Notes: generated from the sequence alone by a model not told the origin. DNA of 32,000 nt from Candidatus Saccharimonadota bacterium (GCA_002952755.1 CP025011.1:150001-182000), one strand, 5' to 3'. Shown: positions 1 through 8,983, numbered from the stretch's first letter. Translations and numbers: made by a program.

Positions 1-2
1 TT

Positions 3-374
3 ATCGGTAATCCCGTAGGCAAAGAAAGCTGGCCAATCCATCTGCCACACCCCTTCAATGACAGTTTCGAGCCAAACCGGCACCTGCTGCCCAGCTCTTT
101 TTATTGGTATGCCTCGGTGATTGTTATTGTGATTGTGCACATTGTGGCTGTCGTATTGGCGCATCGTTACCTGGGTAGAGCCACTAAGAATGAAGAGCAA
201 GCGCGGCGGTCGGAATATCCGTGGATTGTGGCAATGGTGGCCTATACGATGTTCAGCTTATGGCTCCTGGCTCAGCCGTTAGTCAAAGAAAAGGCGGACG
301 AAACGGGCATCGCGCCAACCCGTCAAACTGTGGCTGTTGCCCAAACTAATGCGGTGATTACAGTAGATTATTAG
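3..374 (+). CDS. C-terminal part of a membrane protein of unknown function (5' end outside window)
   Basis: Frame 3 is open from the first bases of the window to TAG at 372-374, and the track's GTG at 117 is internal to this open frame. Two hydrophobic helices are present (SVIVIVIVHIVAVVLAH, WIVAMVAYTMFSLWLLA). The stop lies 3 nt before the next ATG. Confidence 0.5.
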   Translation: MGNPVGKESWPIHLPHPFNDSFEPNRHLLPSSFYWYASVIVIVIVHIVAVVLAHRYLGRATKNEEQARRSEYPWIVAMVAYTMFSLWLLAQPLVKEKADETGIAPTRQTVAVAQTNAVITVDY

Positions 375-377
375 CAT

Positions 378-1160
378 ATGAAACGACATTTTTCGGCGGG
401 TATGACTCTACTGCTGGCCGGGTTGTCCGTTATAACGGTAGCAAGTTTCAGCCATGCGACCGTTCCCTTGTACGATGGAGTTAATTTCCCCGATGAGCCA
501 TATCGCTATGTGAAATCGCCGGCAGCGCAAAAACAGAGTACTCCAGCGCCTACTACCATCTCTAAGGTATATCAACTCAACCGGCCGGTATATGGTGTGT
601 ATATTAATAGCGTAGAACTGGGGCCGCAGATATATGTCTATATCGACCGGAGCGCGCTGATTATTCCTAAGGGCGCAACCGAGTTTACTTTAAGCGCCGA
701 ACCATTGGCGCCAACGGATCAGCCGGGCGGCGGTCCTATTGCCGGGAATGTATATAAGATACTGGCAGCGACCGAAAATGGTGCGCTCGTGATCGCAAAC
801 CAGCATACCACCGCGCAGCACACAATCGACTTACGTTTGCCACAAGGGTATCCGGCGACAGGTCAGATGGTTTTTAGGCCGGCAGGCGGTCAATGGCACG
901 CGTTACCTACCTCACGCATTGGTACGGATATTTATGAGGCCAATCTGAGCGCCTTTGGTGAGTATGCGCTTAGTATTCCCAATCAAAAGTCAGTTACAGC
1001 CACCAGGCGCAAAATGCTTCCTTATGGTTTGATTATTTTTTGTGGGATGTTTGTGGTGGCGATGACAGCAATCTTGCTCATCATCCGTACATCGGAGCGC
1101 AAAAAAAGTCCGTTAACTATCGAAGAAAAGAAAAACAAAACTCGGGGCAGAGATGCCTGA
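378..1160 (+). CDS. Secreted, C-terminally membrane-anchored protein, unknown function
   Basis: The N-terminus has a signal-like segment (MKRHFSAGMTLLLAGLSVITVASFSHA). A C-terminal TM helix (LIIFCGMFVVAMTAILLII) is followed by a basic tail. The gene is tightly coupled to both flanking genes. Confidence 0.6.
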   Translation: MKRHFSAGMTLLLAGLSVITVASFSHATVPLYDGVNFPDEPYRYVKSPAAQKQSTPAPTTISKVYQLNRPVYGVYINSVELGPQIYVYIDRSALIIPKGATEFTLSAEPLAPTDQPGGGPIAGNVYKILAATENGALVIANQHTTAQHTIDLRLPQGYPATGQMVFRPAGGQWHALPTSRIGTDIYEANLSAFGEYALSIPNQKSVTATRRKMLPYGLIIFCGMFVVAMTAILLIIRTSERKKSPLTIEEKKNKTRGRDA

Positions 1161-1749
1161 GGTAGCGACACGGCAGAACGGGGCAAAAGACCTACCGTTA
1201 CGTGCGGTGGTGCTATACGCCGGATTTACGGCTGCAATTGGCTTACGGGTAGCATTGGGCGGGCATGACATCGCGCAGTCAGCATCGGCGGGCTTGGTTT
1301 TTGCAGCAAGCCTGGTATCGCTGGGGGTAGTGACAGTTAGGCCGCACTTTATAGCCAGCTGGCGTACGGTGCTTACGGGACTCCTGGGCGGACTTTTTCT
1401 CTTACTCCCGGCTATCATTTTGTGGGCATGGATTGGAAACGCACATCCGCCGCTGGGCAATTATCCATGGTGGGCGAGTGTCGTGACGCTTGTGGCCCTA
1501 GCCGAAGAGTATTTCCTTCGCGGTGTATGCTACGAAGTCATTAGTTCCTGGAAAGGCGAACTAACAGCGATTATAGTAACCGCCCTTGCTTTCGCAGCCC
1601 TGCATGTTCCTCTATATGGATGGCAGGCGGCACCGTTGGACCTCGCTGTTGGCTTATGGTTTGGTGCACTGCGTATGGCTAGCGGTACTTGGCTGGCGCC
1701 GGGTATTGCGCATACCCTTGCCGACCTGGCAGCGTGGTTCCTGCGCTAG
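1153..1749 (+). CDS. CPBP family (CAAX/Abi-type) intramembrane metalloprotease
   Basis: It is a polytopic membrane protein with the three CPBP motifs: EEYFLRG (EExxxR), FAALH (FxxxH) and HTLAD (HxxxN/D). It overlaps the upstream gene by 8 nt. Confidence 0.8.
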   Translation: MPEVATRQNGAKDLPLRAVVLYAGFTAAIGLRVALGGHDIAQSASAGLVFAASLVSLGVVTVRPHFIASWRTVLTGLLGGLFLLLPAIILWAWIGNAHPPLGNYPWWASVVTLVALAEEYFLRGVCYEVISSWKGELTAIIVTALAFAALHVPLYGWQAAPLDLAVGLWFGALRMASGTWLAPGIAHTLADLAAWFLR

Positions 1750-3276
1750 CTACATCTCGTTGAAGATGGTGATATGGGCGCCAAGCGAGTTGAGCCGTTC
1801 GGCAATTGCCTCATATCCACGGTTAATGGTGTACACATTACGCAGTGTTGATATGCCATCGGCGGCGAGCATGCCGATGAGTAGTAGGCTAGCGGGGCGC
1901 AGAGCAGGCGGGCACACCACATTAGCCTTGCTGAATTTAGTGGGACCTTGAATATACAGGCGGTGCGGGTCGGCCAACTCCACTTGCATGCCCACCTTGG
2001 TCATTTCGGTGTAGTAGATGGCCCGGTTTTCGTACATCCAGTCGTGAATGAGGGTGCGGCCGTTTATGACGCCAGCGATGGGCACAAAATAGGGCAGATT
2101 ATCTGCATTTAGACCAGGGAAGGGGCGGCTATAGATCTTGCCCGGCAAAGCCTTGAGCGACCCGTTATGTTTGTGGATAGTGAGGTCCACCAAATCGGTA
2201 TAACCATTAGTAGCCTTGTAGCGTTCACTCTGGGTATATTGCAGACCCATCTTTTTGAGCTTGAGCAGCTCAAGCGACATAAACTCGATGGGTACGCGCC
2301 GAATAGTAATCTCGGAGTTGGTGGTAATGGCCGCAGAGGTAAAGAACATGGCCTCAATGGGGTCTTCAACAGGCGAGTAAGTAATATTTTTCTTGATAAC
2401 TCCTCTTACCCCTTGGACAGTCATCGTGGTGCTGCCCAGGCCGTTCACCTTAACGCCCAGTTTACGCAGGAATAGTGCAACATCCTGAATGGCATAATTG
2501 GCACTGGCCAATTCGATGATCGTCTCCTCGGGAGTACGAGCGGCTGCCAGCAAGGCGTTTTCAGTTACTGTGTCGCCGGATTCGAAGAGCGTGATGCGTT
2601 TTGCCGGCTTTTTGTTGACTGTTACCTGGTAGAAGCCTTGGGTAGCGACAATGTTCACCCCAAATTCTTCAAGCGCAAACAGGTGCGGCTCTACCGAGCG
2701 GGTGCCAAGTTTGCAGCCACCGGCATAGGGGATTTTAAAGTCGGTGTAATCGTGCATGAGCGGCCCGATCACCATCAGCACCGAGCGCGTTTTGCGGGCC
2801 GATTCGGCGTTGATGTTGTCTAGCTGCAAGCGGGCCGGGCGGCGAATCTCGAGATCGTTGCCGTTGGTCCACTTCACTTTCACGCCGATGCTCTGGAGTA
2901 CCTCGATAATGCGGTACACTTCTTCAATCTTCGGGAAGTTGGTAAAGCGCGTTACGCCGTAATTGAGCAGTGAGGCGCAGAGCAGGCCTACGGCGGCATT
3001 TTTGCTGCTCTTAAGAGTAATTTCACCGCTGAGCTCGTAACCGCCTTCAATACGGAGGTTAACGGATTTGTCGCCGAGCGAAATAAGTTGCTTGTTGAGG
3101 ACGTCGCTGATGCGGCCGAGCGTTTCGAGACTTAAGTTTTGCTTGCCGTGCTCGATACGGTTGACTGCCGATTGGCTGGTGTTTAGCCGACGGGCAAATT
3201 CTGCTTGGGTGAGGCCACGCTCCTGTCTAATCTGTGCTATTAAACTACCGATTTTCTCATTTGCTGCTGTATCCAT
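1750..3276 (-). CDS. murA: UDP-N-acetylglucosamine 1-carboxyvinyltransferase (MurA) with an N-terminal XRE-type helix-turn-helix domain
   Basis: The 508-aa product starts with about 65 aa of HTH_3-like sequence (ERGLTQAEFARRLNTSQSAVNRIEHGKQNLSLETL). The rest aligns by eye to MurA end to end: SGEITLKSSKNAA, the catalytic-Cys loop YAGGCKLGTRSVEPH, and C-terminal INRGYEAIAERLNSLGA. Confidence 0.9.
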   Translation of the reverse strand: MDTAANEKIGSLIAQIRQERGLTQAEFARRLNTSQSAVNRIEHGKQNLSLETLGRISDVLNKQLISLGDKSVNLRIEGGYELSGEITLKSSKNAAVGLLCASLLNYGVTRFTNFPKIEEVYRIIEVLQSIGVKVKWTNGNDLEIRRPARLQLDNINAESARKTRSVLMVIGPLMHDYTDFKIPYAGGCKLGTRSVEPHLFALEEFGVNIVATQGFYQVTVNKKPAKRITLFESGDTVTENALLAAARTPEETIIELASANYAIQDVALFLRKLGVKVNGLGSTTMTVQGVRGVIKKNITYSPVEDPIEAMFFTSAAITTNSEITIRRVPIEFMSLELLKLKKMGLQYTQSERYKATNGYTDLVDLTIHKHNGSLKALPGKIYSRPFPGLNADNLPYFVPIAGVINGRTLIHDWMYENRAIYYTEMTKVGMQVELADPHRLYIQGPTKFSKANVVCPPALRPASLLLIGMLAADGISTLRNVYTINRGYEAIAERLNSLGAHITIFNEM

Positions 3277-3457
3277 AGTGCATAAATAATATCACATACG
3301 ATATAACGTATGCAATGATTGTGCTTTTGTTTGTATTTTTCGAAAGAATGCCCTTATGAATTTAGTTTACCATTAATTGCGCCACTTGCTACAATACCGG
3401 CATGATCTAACGACGCGGTGGAATTGGCATAACCCTTGTAACCCAAAAGGAGCATCG

Positions 3458-4717
3458 ATGATTGATGACGAAATTGAGGCATTAATTGCCGCCGAAACCA
3501 CCCGCCAAGCTGAAGGGCTGGAGATGATTCCCTCCGAGAATCATACCTCCGGCGAGGTGCTCAAAGCGCTCGGCTCCCGCCTGACCGACAAATACTCCGA
3601 AGGGTATCCCGGCATGCGCTATTACGGTGGCTGCGAATTTGTCGATAAGGTGGAGAATCTGGCCCGTGACCGTGCCAAATCGCTCTTTGGAGTGTCTCAC
3701 GCCAATGTGCAGGCGTACTCCGGCAGTCCGGCCAACATGGCTGTCTATTATGCTTTGGTTGATCCTGGCGACACGGTTATGGGCCTCGCGCTGTACTTCG
3801 GCGGGCACATGACGCATGGCCTAAAAGTGAATTTTTCGGGCAAATGGTTCAACTCCGTCCAGTACCAAACCGGCCGTGACGGGTATCTAGACTACGACGC
3901 GATGGCCGCACTCGTGCAGGAAACCAAGCCTAAGCTTATCTTTGTAGGCGCTACCGCCTATCCACGTATTTTCGATTGGGCTAAGCTACGGTCCATCGCC
4001 GATACGTGCGATGCGTATTTGATCGCTGATATTTCGCACATCTCCGGCTTGGTCATCGCTGGAGCACACCCTTCTCCTGTTGGTTTTGCCGATGTGATTA
4101 CCACGACTACACACAAAACACTACGAGGCCCACGCGGGGCGCTCATTCTATGCAATGGCAACCCCTCCAATCCGCTCAAGAGCGTAGAACGCAGCCGCGA
4201 AAATCTGCCAACACTTATCGACCGTGCCATTATCCCCGGCCTGCAAGGCGGACCACACAACCATCAGACTGCCGCCATAGCAGTTGCATTGCGCGAAGCG
4301 TCGCAACCAGCCTTTAAGGAATACGGCAAGCAAATTGTGAAGAATGCCAAAAAATTAGCCGATGTACTTATGAACAAGGGATATCAGCTGGTCACGGGCG
4401 GCACAGACAATCATTTACTGCTCGTGGATCTTACTAGCAAAGGCATTACCGGTGCTGAAGCTGAAAAAGCCTTGGGCGAAGCCGGGATCACCGTCAATAA
4501 AAACACCGTACCCTTTGACCCGCGTAAGCCCTTTGACCCTAGTGGTATTCGTCTCGGTACGCCTGCCCTCACCACTCGCGGCCTCAAAGAAACCGAGATG
4601 CAGCAGGTAGGCGAGTGGATCGATTATGCTTTACAAGCTAAGGGTCAATCGGCTAAACTAGCTGCAATCAGAGACGAGGTCGTAGCCTTCACTAAAGATT
4701 ATCCGCTGCCAGCATAA
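3458..4717 (+). CDS. glyA: Serine hydroxymethyltransferase
   Basis: SHMT signatures are present: EMIPSENHTS, YSEGYPGMRYYGG and the PLP-lysine motif TTTTHKTLRGPRG. I chose the ATG at 3458 because AAGGAG at 3446-3451 precedes it, and the track's TTG at 3377 adds 27 non-conserved residues. Confidence 0.95.
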   Translation: MIDDEIEALIAAETTRQAEGLEMIPSENHTSGEVLKALGSRLTDKYSEGYPGMRYYGGCEFVDKVENLARDRAKSLFGVSHANVQAYSGSPANMAVYYALVDPGDTVMGLALYFGGHMTHGLKVNFSGKWFNSVQYQTGRDGYLDYDAMAALVQETKPKLIFVGATAYPRIFDWAKLRSIADTCDAYLIADISHISGLVIAGAHPSPVGFADVITTTTHKTLRGPRGALILCNGNPSNPLKSVERSRENLPTLIDRAIIPGLQGGPHNHQTAAIAVALREASQPAFKEYGKQIVKNAKKLADVLMNKGYQLVTGGTDNHLLLVDLTSKGITGAEAEKALGEAGITVNKNTVPFDPRKPFDPSGIRLGTPALTTRGLKETEMQQVGEWIDYALQAKGQSAKLAAIRDEVVAFTKDYPLPA

Positions 4718-4827
4718 ATATACCACTGCCCTAAAAAGGTAGTCCCCCTGGGTCTAGCAGTATTAATCGTTTATTGTTTCTGGCGGGTCGGCCGCTCATT
4801 TTATCATCTAAGAGAATAGGGAGATAT

Positions 4828-6264
4828 ATGACCGGTACGGCTGAAGCTGCAGCTACAGTGATCACTAGCAAAGTAGAATCGTCTACACTCGTCGATATTG
4901 CAAGAATGGCGACACATGCCGAAACTGGGGTTCTCGATGAATCGCCGATCTCGGGTTATTTAGGGGCTGCTTCGATTGAGGGCTTTGTAAGCCCTGCAGC
5001 CTTTATGACAGAAGGCATGCCGGACTATCTGTCGCACCCCTTTGGAATATCAGTGGCTGCGCAGATGCGTCATAACTTTTATAATAAACACAAGATAACG
5101 GGCCTCCCTGCCGGAAAAAGAGAAACCGTTGCCCATGAAGTAGGTGAGAAGGCGTATAACGGCTTCCAGGGTTTTATAGAGATTGTGGATGGCAAGCCGC
5201 AGATATGTGGACTATTTCGTATTGAGGACGGTGAATTTGGCTCCGGAATTTTCTTGAGAACCTTGATTAACACTCCTGACGGATCGATGTGGGTGGAGCC
5301 GGAGGATAAACGATTCGCGGCCTTGGGTATCAGTACTCGCGCCGTAAAGCCTGCTACCGTTCCGCGCATAAAGAAGGACGAAGTTGGTGGGAAGAAGGAC
5401 GTAAAGGTAAGGCCAGAGAGCGCCTACCAAGACCTTCGGCTCAGAGAGGTTATCTTTCCGAACGGCGAGCGCCAAAAACTGCTGATTGTAGTAGAAGCCG
5501 ACGAATTACCGCAAATTGAAGGCGAGGAGAGCCTCCGCAGTACGTACCGACAAGTTTTCTTTATGGGTCCCGATATCTTTAACATGCGAAGGCTTGGCTT
5601 TAGGGGTGTTGAGAGACAAAAAGGTCACGACCTCTTTTGTATGGAGCCAGGCTCGTTTACAACGGTCAATCGACCTATTGGTGGCGAATTCGGTGCCGGT
5701 CAAATGTGCGTAAGCGAGTTCAAGGCTGATACTCCAGAAGAGTTCGAGGCAGCTTTCCAGACTTCATTAGAGGACAATAACAGAGTGGTTCAGGGATTTG
5801 ATGATGATGTGGAGCGCCGAAAGAAGTGGCGGGGAGCTGTTGCGGTACTCCCGCTTAAAGACGGCAAGTGGGGCGTAGTAACGCATGAGGCTGAGTGGCG
5901 AACACCCATTGCCAATGATGGCAAAGAAAGGTCACGACGATATTATGCTGCGGGCGGTGTCTTTGATAGGGAATCCAATACGGTGAGTGATCCTGAGATT
6001 TTAGCAACCAGTGAATCATTCCCCTTGAGTACGCTAGAAGCGTTCATCGGACGCGAAGATCTCAAAGAAGTCTTTTATCCCATGCATTACGAACCTCTCG
6101 GCAACGGTAAAGCCAGATTAAGCGGTGGATTACGTGATCACGAGCAATGTTCAATAATTATCGATGATATATTCTGGGGTCAATATAGCGATGAGTATAT
6201 GGAGCGATTAGTTGAGAAATTGGCTCTTGAGCAAGCGATCATGGCTGAGCCGGCGATGGTGTAG
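4828..6264 (+). CDS. Hypothetical cytoplasmic protein, 478 aa, no family recognised
   Basis: It is a long uninterrupted ORF. The ATG at 4828 is preceded by GGGAG, and the track's TTG at 4774 looks like an upstream extension. It has no TM helix or signal peptide and no motif I can place. Confidence 0.6.
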   Translation: MTGTAEAAATVITSKVESSTLVDIARMATHAETGVLDESPISGYLGAASIEGFVSPAAFMTEGMPDYLSHPFGISVAAQMRHNFYNKHKITGLPAGKRETVAHEVGEKAYNGFQGFIEIVDGKPQICGLFRIEDGEFGSGIFLRTLINTPDGSMWVEPEDKRFAALGISTRAVKPATVPRIKKDEVGGKKDVKVRPESAYQDLRLREVIFPNGERQKLLIVVEADELPQIEGEESLRSTYRQVFFMGPDIFNMRRLGFRGVERQKGHDLFCMEPGSFTTVNRPIGGEFGAGQMCVSEFKADTPEEFEAAFQTSLEDNNRVVQGFDDDVERRKKWRGAVAVLPLKDGKWGVVTHEAEWRTPIANDGKERSRRYYAAGGVFDRESNTVSDPEILATSESFPLSTLEAFIGREDLKEVFYPMHYEPLGNGKARLSGGLRDHEQCSIIIDDIFWGQYSDEYMERLVEKLALEQAIMAEPAMV

Positions 6265-6290
6265 GTCCCTTTTAGATATTTTTATCATAC

Positions 6291-7319
6291 TTAAGGCAGC
6301 AGCTCTGGCTCTTGCTCAAGCGTGATATTGAATTTTTGCTGCACGGCGTCGAGTATCTTTTGCCGGAAGGCTAGGAGCTGGGTAGTGGAGGTTGCATGCT
6401 CATTGACGAGTACCAACGTTTGCGTGGGCCAGGTGGCCATGCCCGTTTCAGGGTCGTGCACGTTTTTAAACCCAGCTTGCTCAAGCAGCCAGGCGGCAGG
6501 TAATTTGATGCGTCCATCTTCAGTTGGCCAGTGCGGTACAGGGCCGTAATCAGCTTGAAGCTGGGCAAGTGTGCCTTCATCGATCACAGGATTGCCAAAG
6601 AATGAGCCGTTGTTGGCGACTTTGGTTGGGTCCGGCAGCTTGCTGCTGCGGATGGCGATTACGGCGTCACGCATAATTTGCGGTGTATATTCTCGGATGC
6701 CATGCTCGTCGAAGTAGGTTTGCAATGCGCCATAAAAAGGCGGCTCAGGATTCTTGTGTAATAGATGCAAGGTAATAGCTGTGATAAAAAACCGGCCTCG
6801 GTCGCTCGTCTTGAACCGGCTGGTTCGATAGGCGAAACCACATTCTGAGCCGGGAATATTGATAACTTGCTGAGTTTGACTATCGTAGGCTTCCACACTC
6901 ACTAGCGTCTGGGAAATCTCCTGGCCGTAGGCTCCGACATTCTGTACGGGAGTAGCACCGGTAGTTCCCGGTATCAAACTGAGGCCTTCGATGCCGGTCA
7001 TGCCTTTGGCGGCTGTACGTGCGACCACGCTGTCCCAGTTTTCGCCTGCGCCAATCGTTACATAATAATTCTCGTCATCTTCTTGCTGCTCTTCAAAACG
7101 GGGGATTTTGTTAATGATAAGCAACCCGGCAAAGCCCCCATCCCGCCAGACGATATTGCTGCCTGAACCAATCATTAGTATAGGTAGATTGCGTTCGACG
7201 GCCCAGGCGACAGCCTGCGCCACTTCATTACGGTCGTGTACGTCAATTGCATAGGCGGCCATCCCACCCAGACGCATCGTCGAATACTCTTTCAGAGAAA
7301 CGTTTTGCCTAATATCCAT
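6291..7319 (-). CDS. murB: UDP-N-acetylenolpyruvoylglucosamine reductase
   Basis: The N-terminus looks like a MurB FAD-binding domain (SLKEYSTMRLGGMA, MIGSGSNIV). The middle carries PGTTGATPVQNVGAYG and the C-terminus carries GSFFGNP and AAWLLEQAGFK. Confidence 0.9.
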   Translation of the reverse strand: MDIRQNVSLKEYSTMRLGGMAAYAIDVHDRNEVAQAVAWAVERNLPILMIGSGSNIVWRDGGFAGLLIINKIPRFEEQQEDDENYYVTIGAGENWDSVVARTAAKGMTGIEGLSLIPGTTGATPVQNVGAYGQEISQTLVSVEAYDSQTQQVINIPGSECGFAYRTSRFKTSDRGRFFITAITLHLLHKNPEPPFYGALQTYFDEHGIREYTPQIMRDAVIAIRSSKLPDPTKVANNGSFFGNPVIDEGTLAQLQADYGPVPHWPTEDGRIKLPAAWLLEQAGFKNVHDPETGMATWPTQTLVLVNEHATSTTQLLAFRQKILDAVQQKFNITLEQEPELLP

Positions 7320-7326
7320 GCCATTT

Positions 7327-7367
7327 AGTATAGCTTATTGCGCTATCAACAGATGAAACGGTATAAT
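7327..7367. promoter_or_regulatory. Back-to-back divergent -10 boxes for leaderless murB and the HTH gene
   Basis: TATAAT at 7362-7367 lies 7 nt before the ATG at 7375. On the minus strand TATACT (complement of 7327-7332) lies 7 nt before the murB ATG (7319-7317). Neither gene has a Shine-Dalgarno sequence. Confidence 0.5.
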
Positions 7368-7374
7368 ATAAATC

Positions 7375-7935
7375 ATGCAAAACGAGCAGCAGGAATCACC
7401 ATTTAAGATTTTAGGTCAGAAGCTAAAAGGCATTCGCGAAAAATTACACGAAAGCGTCGCCGAAGTTTCTGGTGCCGTCGAAATCGACGAGCAGCACCTG
7501 ACTCGCATCGAACAGGGCAACGAACGTCCCAGCGAAGACATTTTGTTGCTGCTCATCAACCACTTTGGTATGCAGGAAGACGATGCTGCCAATCTGTGGC
7601 AGCTGGCCGGCTATGACCGCCCTGAAGAAGATGCCGAACGCGAACAGGGCCGCGGTTCGCAGCATCAAAACCGTACAATGGTGATGATTATGGCAGTTGA
7701 CCCGCGCATCATCTACAGCGACGGCGTACAGGTTGTGGCCAACAGCGCTGGAGTGGTGCTTAACTTCGCTCAGGGCGCAGGCACACCCCAAGCTCTCACC
7801 ACTGCCCGCATTGGCATGAGCCGCGAACAAGCCTATGGCTTACTCCGCACTCTCCAGCAAACGCTGGAAAACTCCGAGCCAAAGCAGTTGCCCAGTAGCT
7901 CTCGCGGTAAAAAATCAGACCAGCACAAAGAGTAA
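7375..7935 (+). CDS. XRE-type HTH domain protein with a DUF3467-like C-terminal domain
   Basis: The N-terminal HTH reads SVAEVSGAVEIDEQHLTRIEQGNERPSEDIL. The C-terminal segment IIYSDGVQVVANSAGVVLNFAQ...ARIGMSREQAYGLLRTLQQTLE resembles the DUF3467 pattern (YSN...EFVLDF...HAKRLLKAL). Confidence 0.7.
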   Translation: MQNEQQESPFKILGQKLKGIREKLHESVAEVSGAVEIDEQHLTRIEQGNERPSEDILLLLINHFGMQEDDAANLWQLAGYDRPEEDAEREQGRGSQHQNRTMVMIMAVDPRIIYSDGVQVVANSAGVVLNFAQGAGTPQALTTARIGMSREQAYGLLRTLQQTLENSEPKQLPSSSRGKKSDQHKE

Positions 7936-7949
7936 TAGCCTTCCGGCCG

Positions 7950-8504
7950 TTATGCGACCTCTCCGCTAGTTCCGCCCCCTGACTCCTTTTCTTCCTTTAT
8001 TTTTTTCCGCAACCCTGCTATAACGTCAGCTAAAATGCCCATATTTAGTCCATTGCTTGCCGCCAGCTGTGCCGCCTCTTTCTGTGCTTGTGCGCGCTGA
8101 GCGGTGAGTATGGTGGTCTCTTGGATGTCTTGCGGGTCGGCGCCTTTTTCAATCATGCGTGTCAATGCAGCCTCAAACGCACCCGGCTCCATCAGCGCAT
8201 CGGCTAGTTTATCAATTTCTTTTCTAGCTAGATCCCTTTCGTCTGCAGGAGCGGTGTGCTCTGGAGGATCTGGGTTTAAAGGGCTAGACTCTCCAGTTGT
8301 GGCTGCAGCAGGACCGGTGGCTTCTGCCAGCACTGCGTTGTATGTTTTTAGACCGGGTTCTGGAGGAGGGAGTGTGTCAAAGGCGCCCGTATGGACACCT
8401 TGAGTTAACCAGGCGTTGCGTTCAGCTTCATTCGGATTATTCCAGGTGTGGCCGCCAATTTCTCTAAGCGGATTTGCATGGGGTAAGGATTCAGTCATAA
8501 GCAA
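7950..8504 (-). CDS. Hypothetical protein with an Ala/Pro-rich middle and a helical C-terminus
   Basis: The ORF has coding-like composition. The start is uncertain between the TTG at 8504 and the ATG at 8498. No family was recognised. Confidence 0.45.
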   Translation of the reverse strand: MLMTESLPHANPLREIGGHTWNNPNEAERNAWLTQGVHTGAFDTLPPPEPGLKTYNAVLAEATGPAAATTGESSPLNPDPPEHTAPADERDLARKEIDKLADALMEPGAFEAALTRMIEKGADPQDIQETTILTAQRAQAQKEAAQLAASNGLNMGILADVIAGLRKKIKEEKESGGGTSGEVA

Positions 8505-8788
8505 AATAAAAAACAGCTTTCTCTGTTGCTATCCGAGAAACTGCTTAAGTTTTGTACTATATCGCGTCTAGCATGGCGGGGTCAACCACATTTTTAGATA
8601 ACCTGGGCAATTTGCTCTGTTTAAACTCGACCTCGCTTTTTTTGTCATACCGGACTTGATCCGGGTATCCAGTTGTTTTTATAGATTCCGGCTCGGAGGC
8701 TGGAAGGACAGGGCTATCGGCGAGGAGTGCCTAATAGATTTGGCTACCCATACACTTTTTACCAGAGATGATATACTGGCCTACGTAT

Positions 8789-8865
8789 GCGCCCGTAGCT
8801 CAGCGGACAAGAGCGTTGGTTTCCGGTACCAAAGGTCGGGGGTTCGAATCCCTTCGGGCGTACCA
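8789..8865 (+). tRNA. tRNA-Arg (anticodon CCG), CCA encoded
   Basis: I folded the cloverleaf by hand. The acceptor is GCGCCCG/CGGGCGT and the D arm is GCTC-AGCGGACAA-GAGC. The anticodon arm TTGGT-TTCCGGT-ACCAA has U33 and anticodon CCG. The T arm is GGGGG-TTCGAAT-CCCTT, followed by discriminator A and CCA. Confidence 0.85.
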
Positions 8866-8879
8866 TTAAGTTTATGTTT

Positions 8880-8900
8880 AGCCCCTTAGGGGCTGTTTTT
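8880..8900 (+). terminator. Intrinsic terminator after the tRNA
   Basis: The hairpin is AGCCCC-TTA-GGGGCT, followed by GTTTTTA. Confidence 0.6.
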
Positions 8901-8911
8901 ATGGCCGCTCC

Positions 8912-8948
8912 CAAATTAAAACCCACGCCTTATAAATACAGGCGTGGG
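8912..8948 (-). terminator. Intrinsic terminator of the minus-strand secreted-protein gene
   Basis: The 9-bp stem is CCCACGCCT/AGGCGTGGG (8922-8930 and 8940-8948). On the minus strand it is followed by TTTTAATTT. Confidence 0.6.
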
Positions 8949-8983
8949 AAGTATTTGCCTTAACTCTTACGAGATAAGACTAA

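Noticed and set aside
3377-3457. N-terminal extension of glyA from a TTG start
   Set aside because: The 27 extra residues are not SHMT-like. The ATG at 3458 has an AAGGAG RBS and begins at the conserved N-terminus. The extension would also cover the promoter (TACAAT at about 3396).
3402-3457. Possible riboswitch (ZTP or THF type) in the glyA leader
   Set aside because: The leader is only about 50 nt, and I could not see the conserved ZTP or THF core sequences.
8656-8889. 77-aa plus-strand ORF
   Set aside because: It runs straight through the tRNA-Arg gene and its terminator and has no RBS, so it is spurious.
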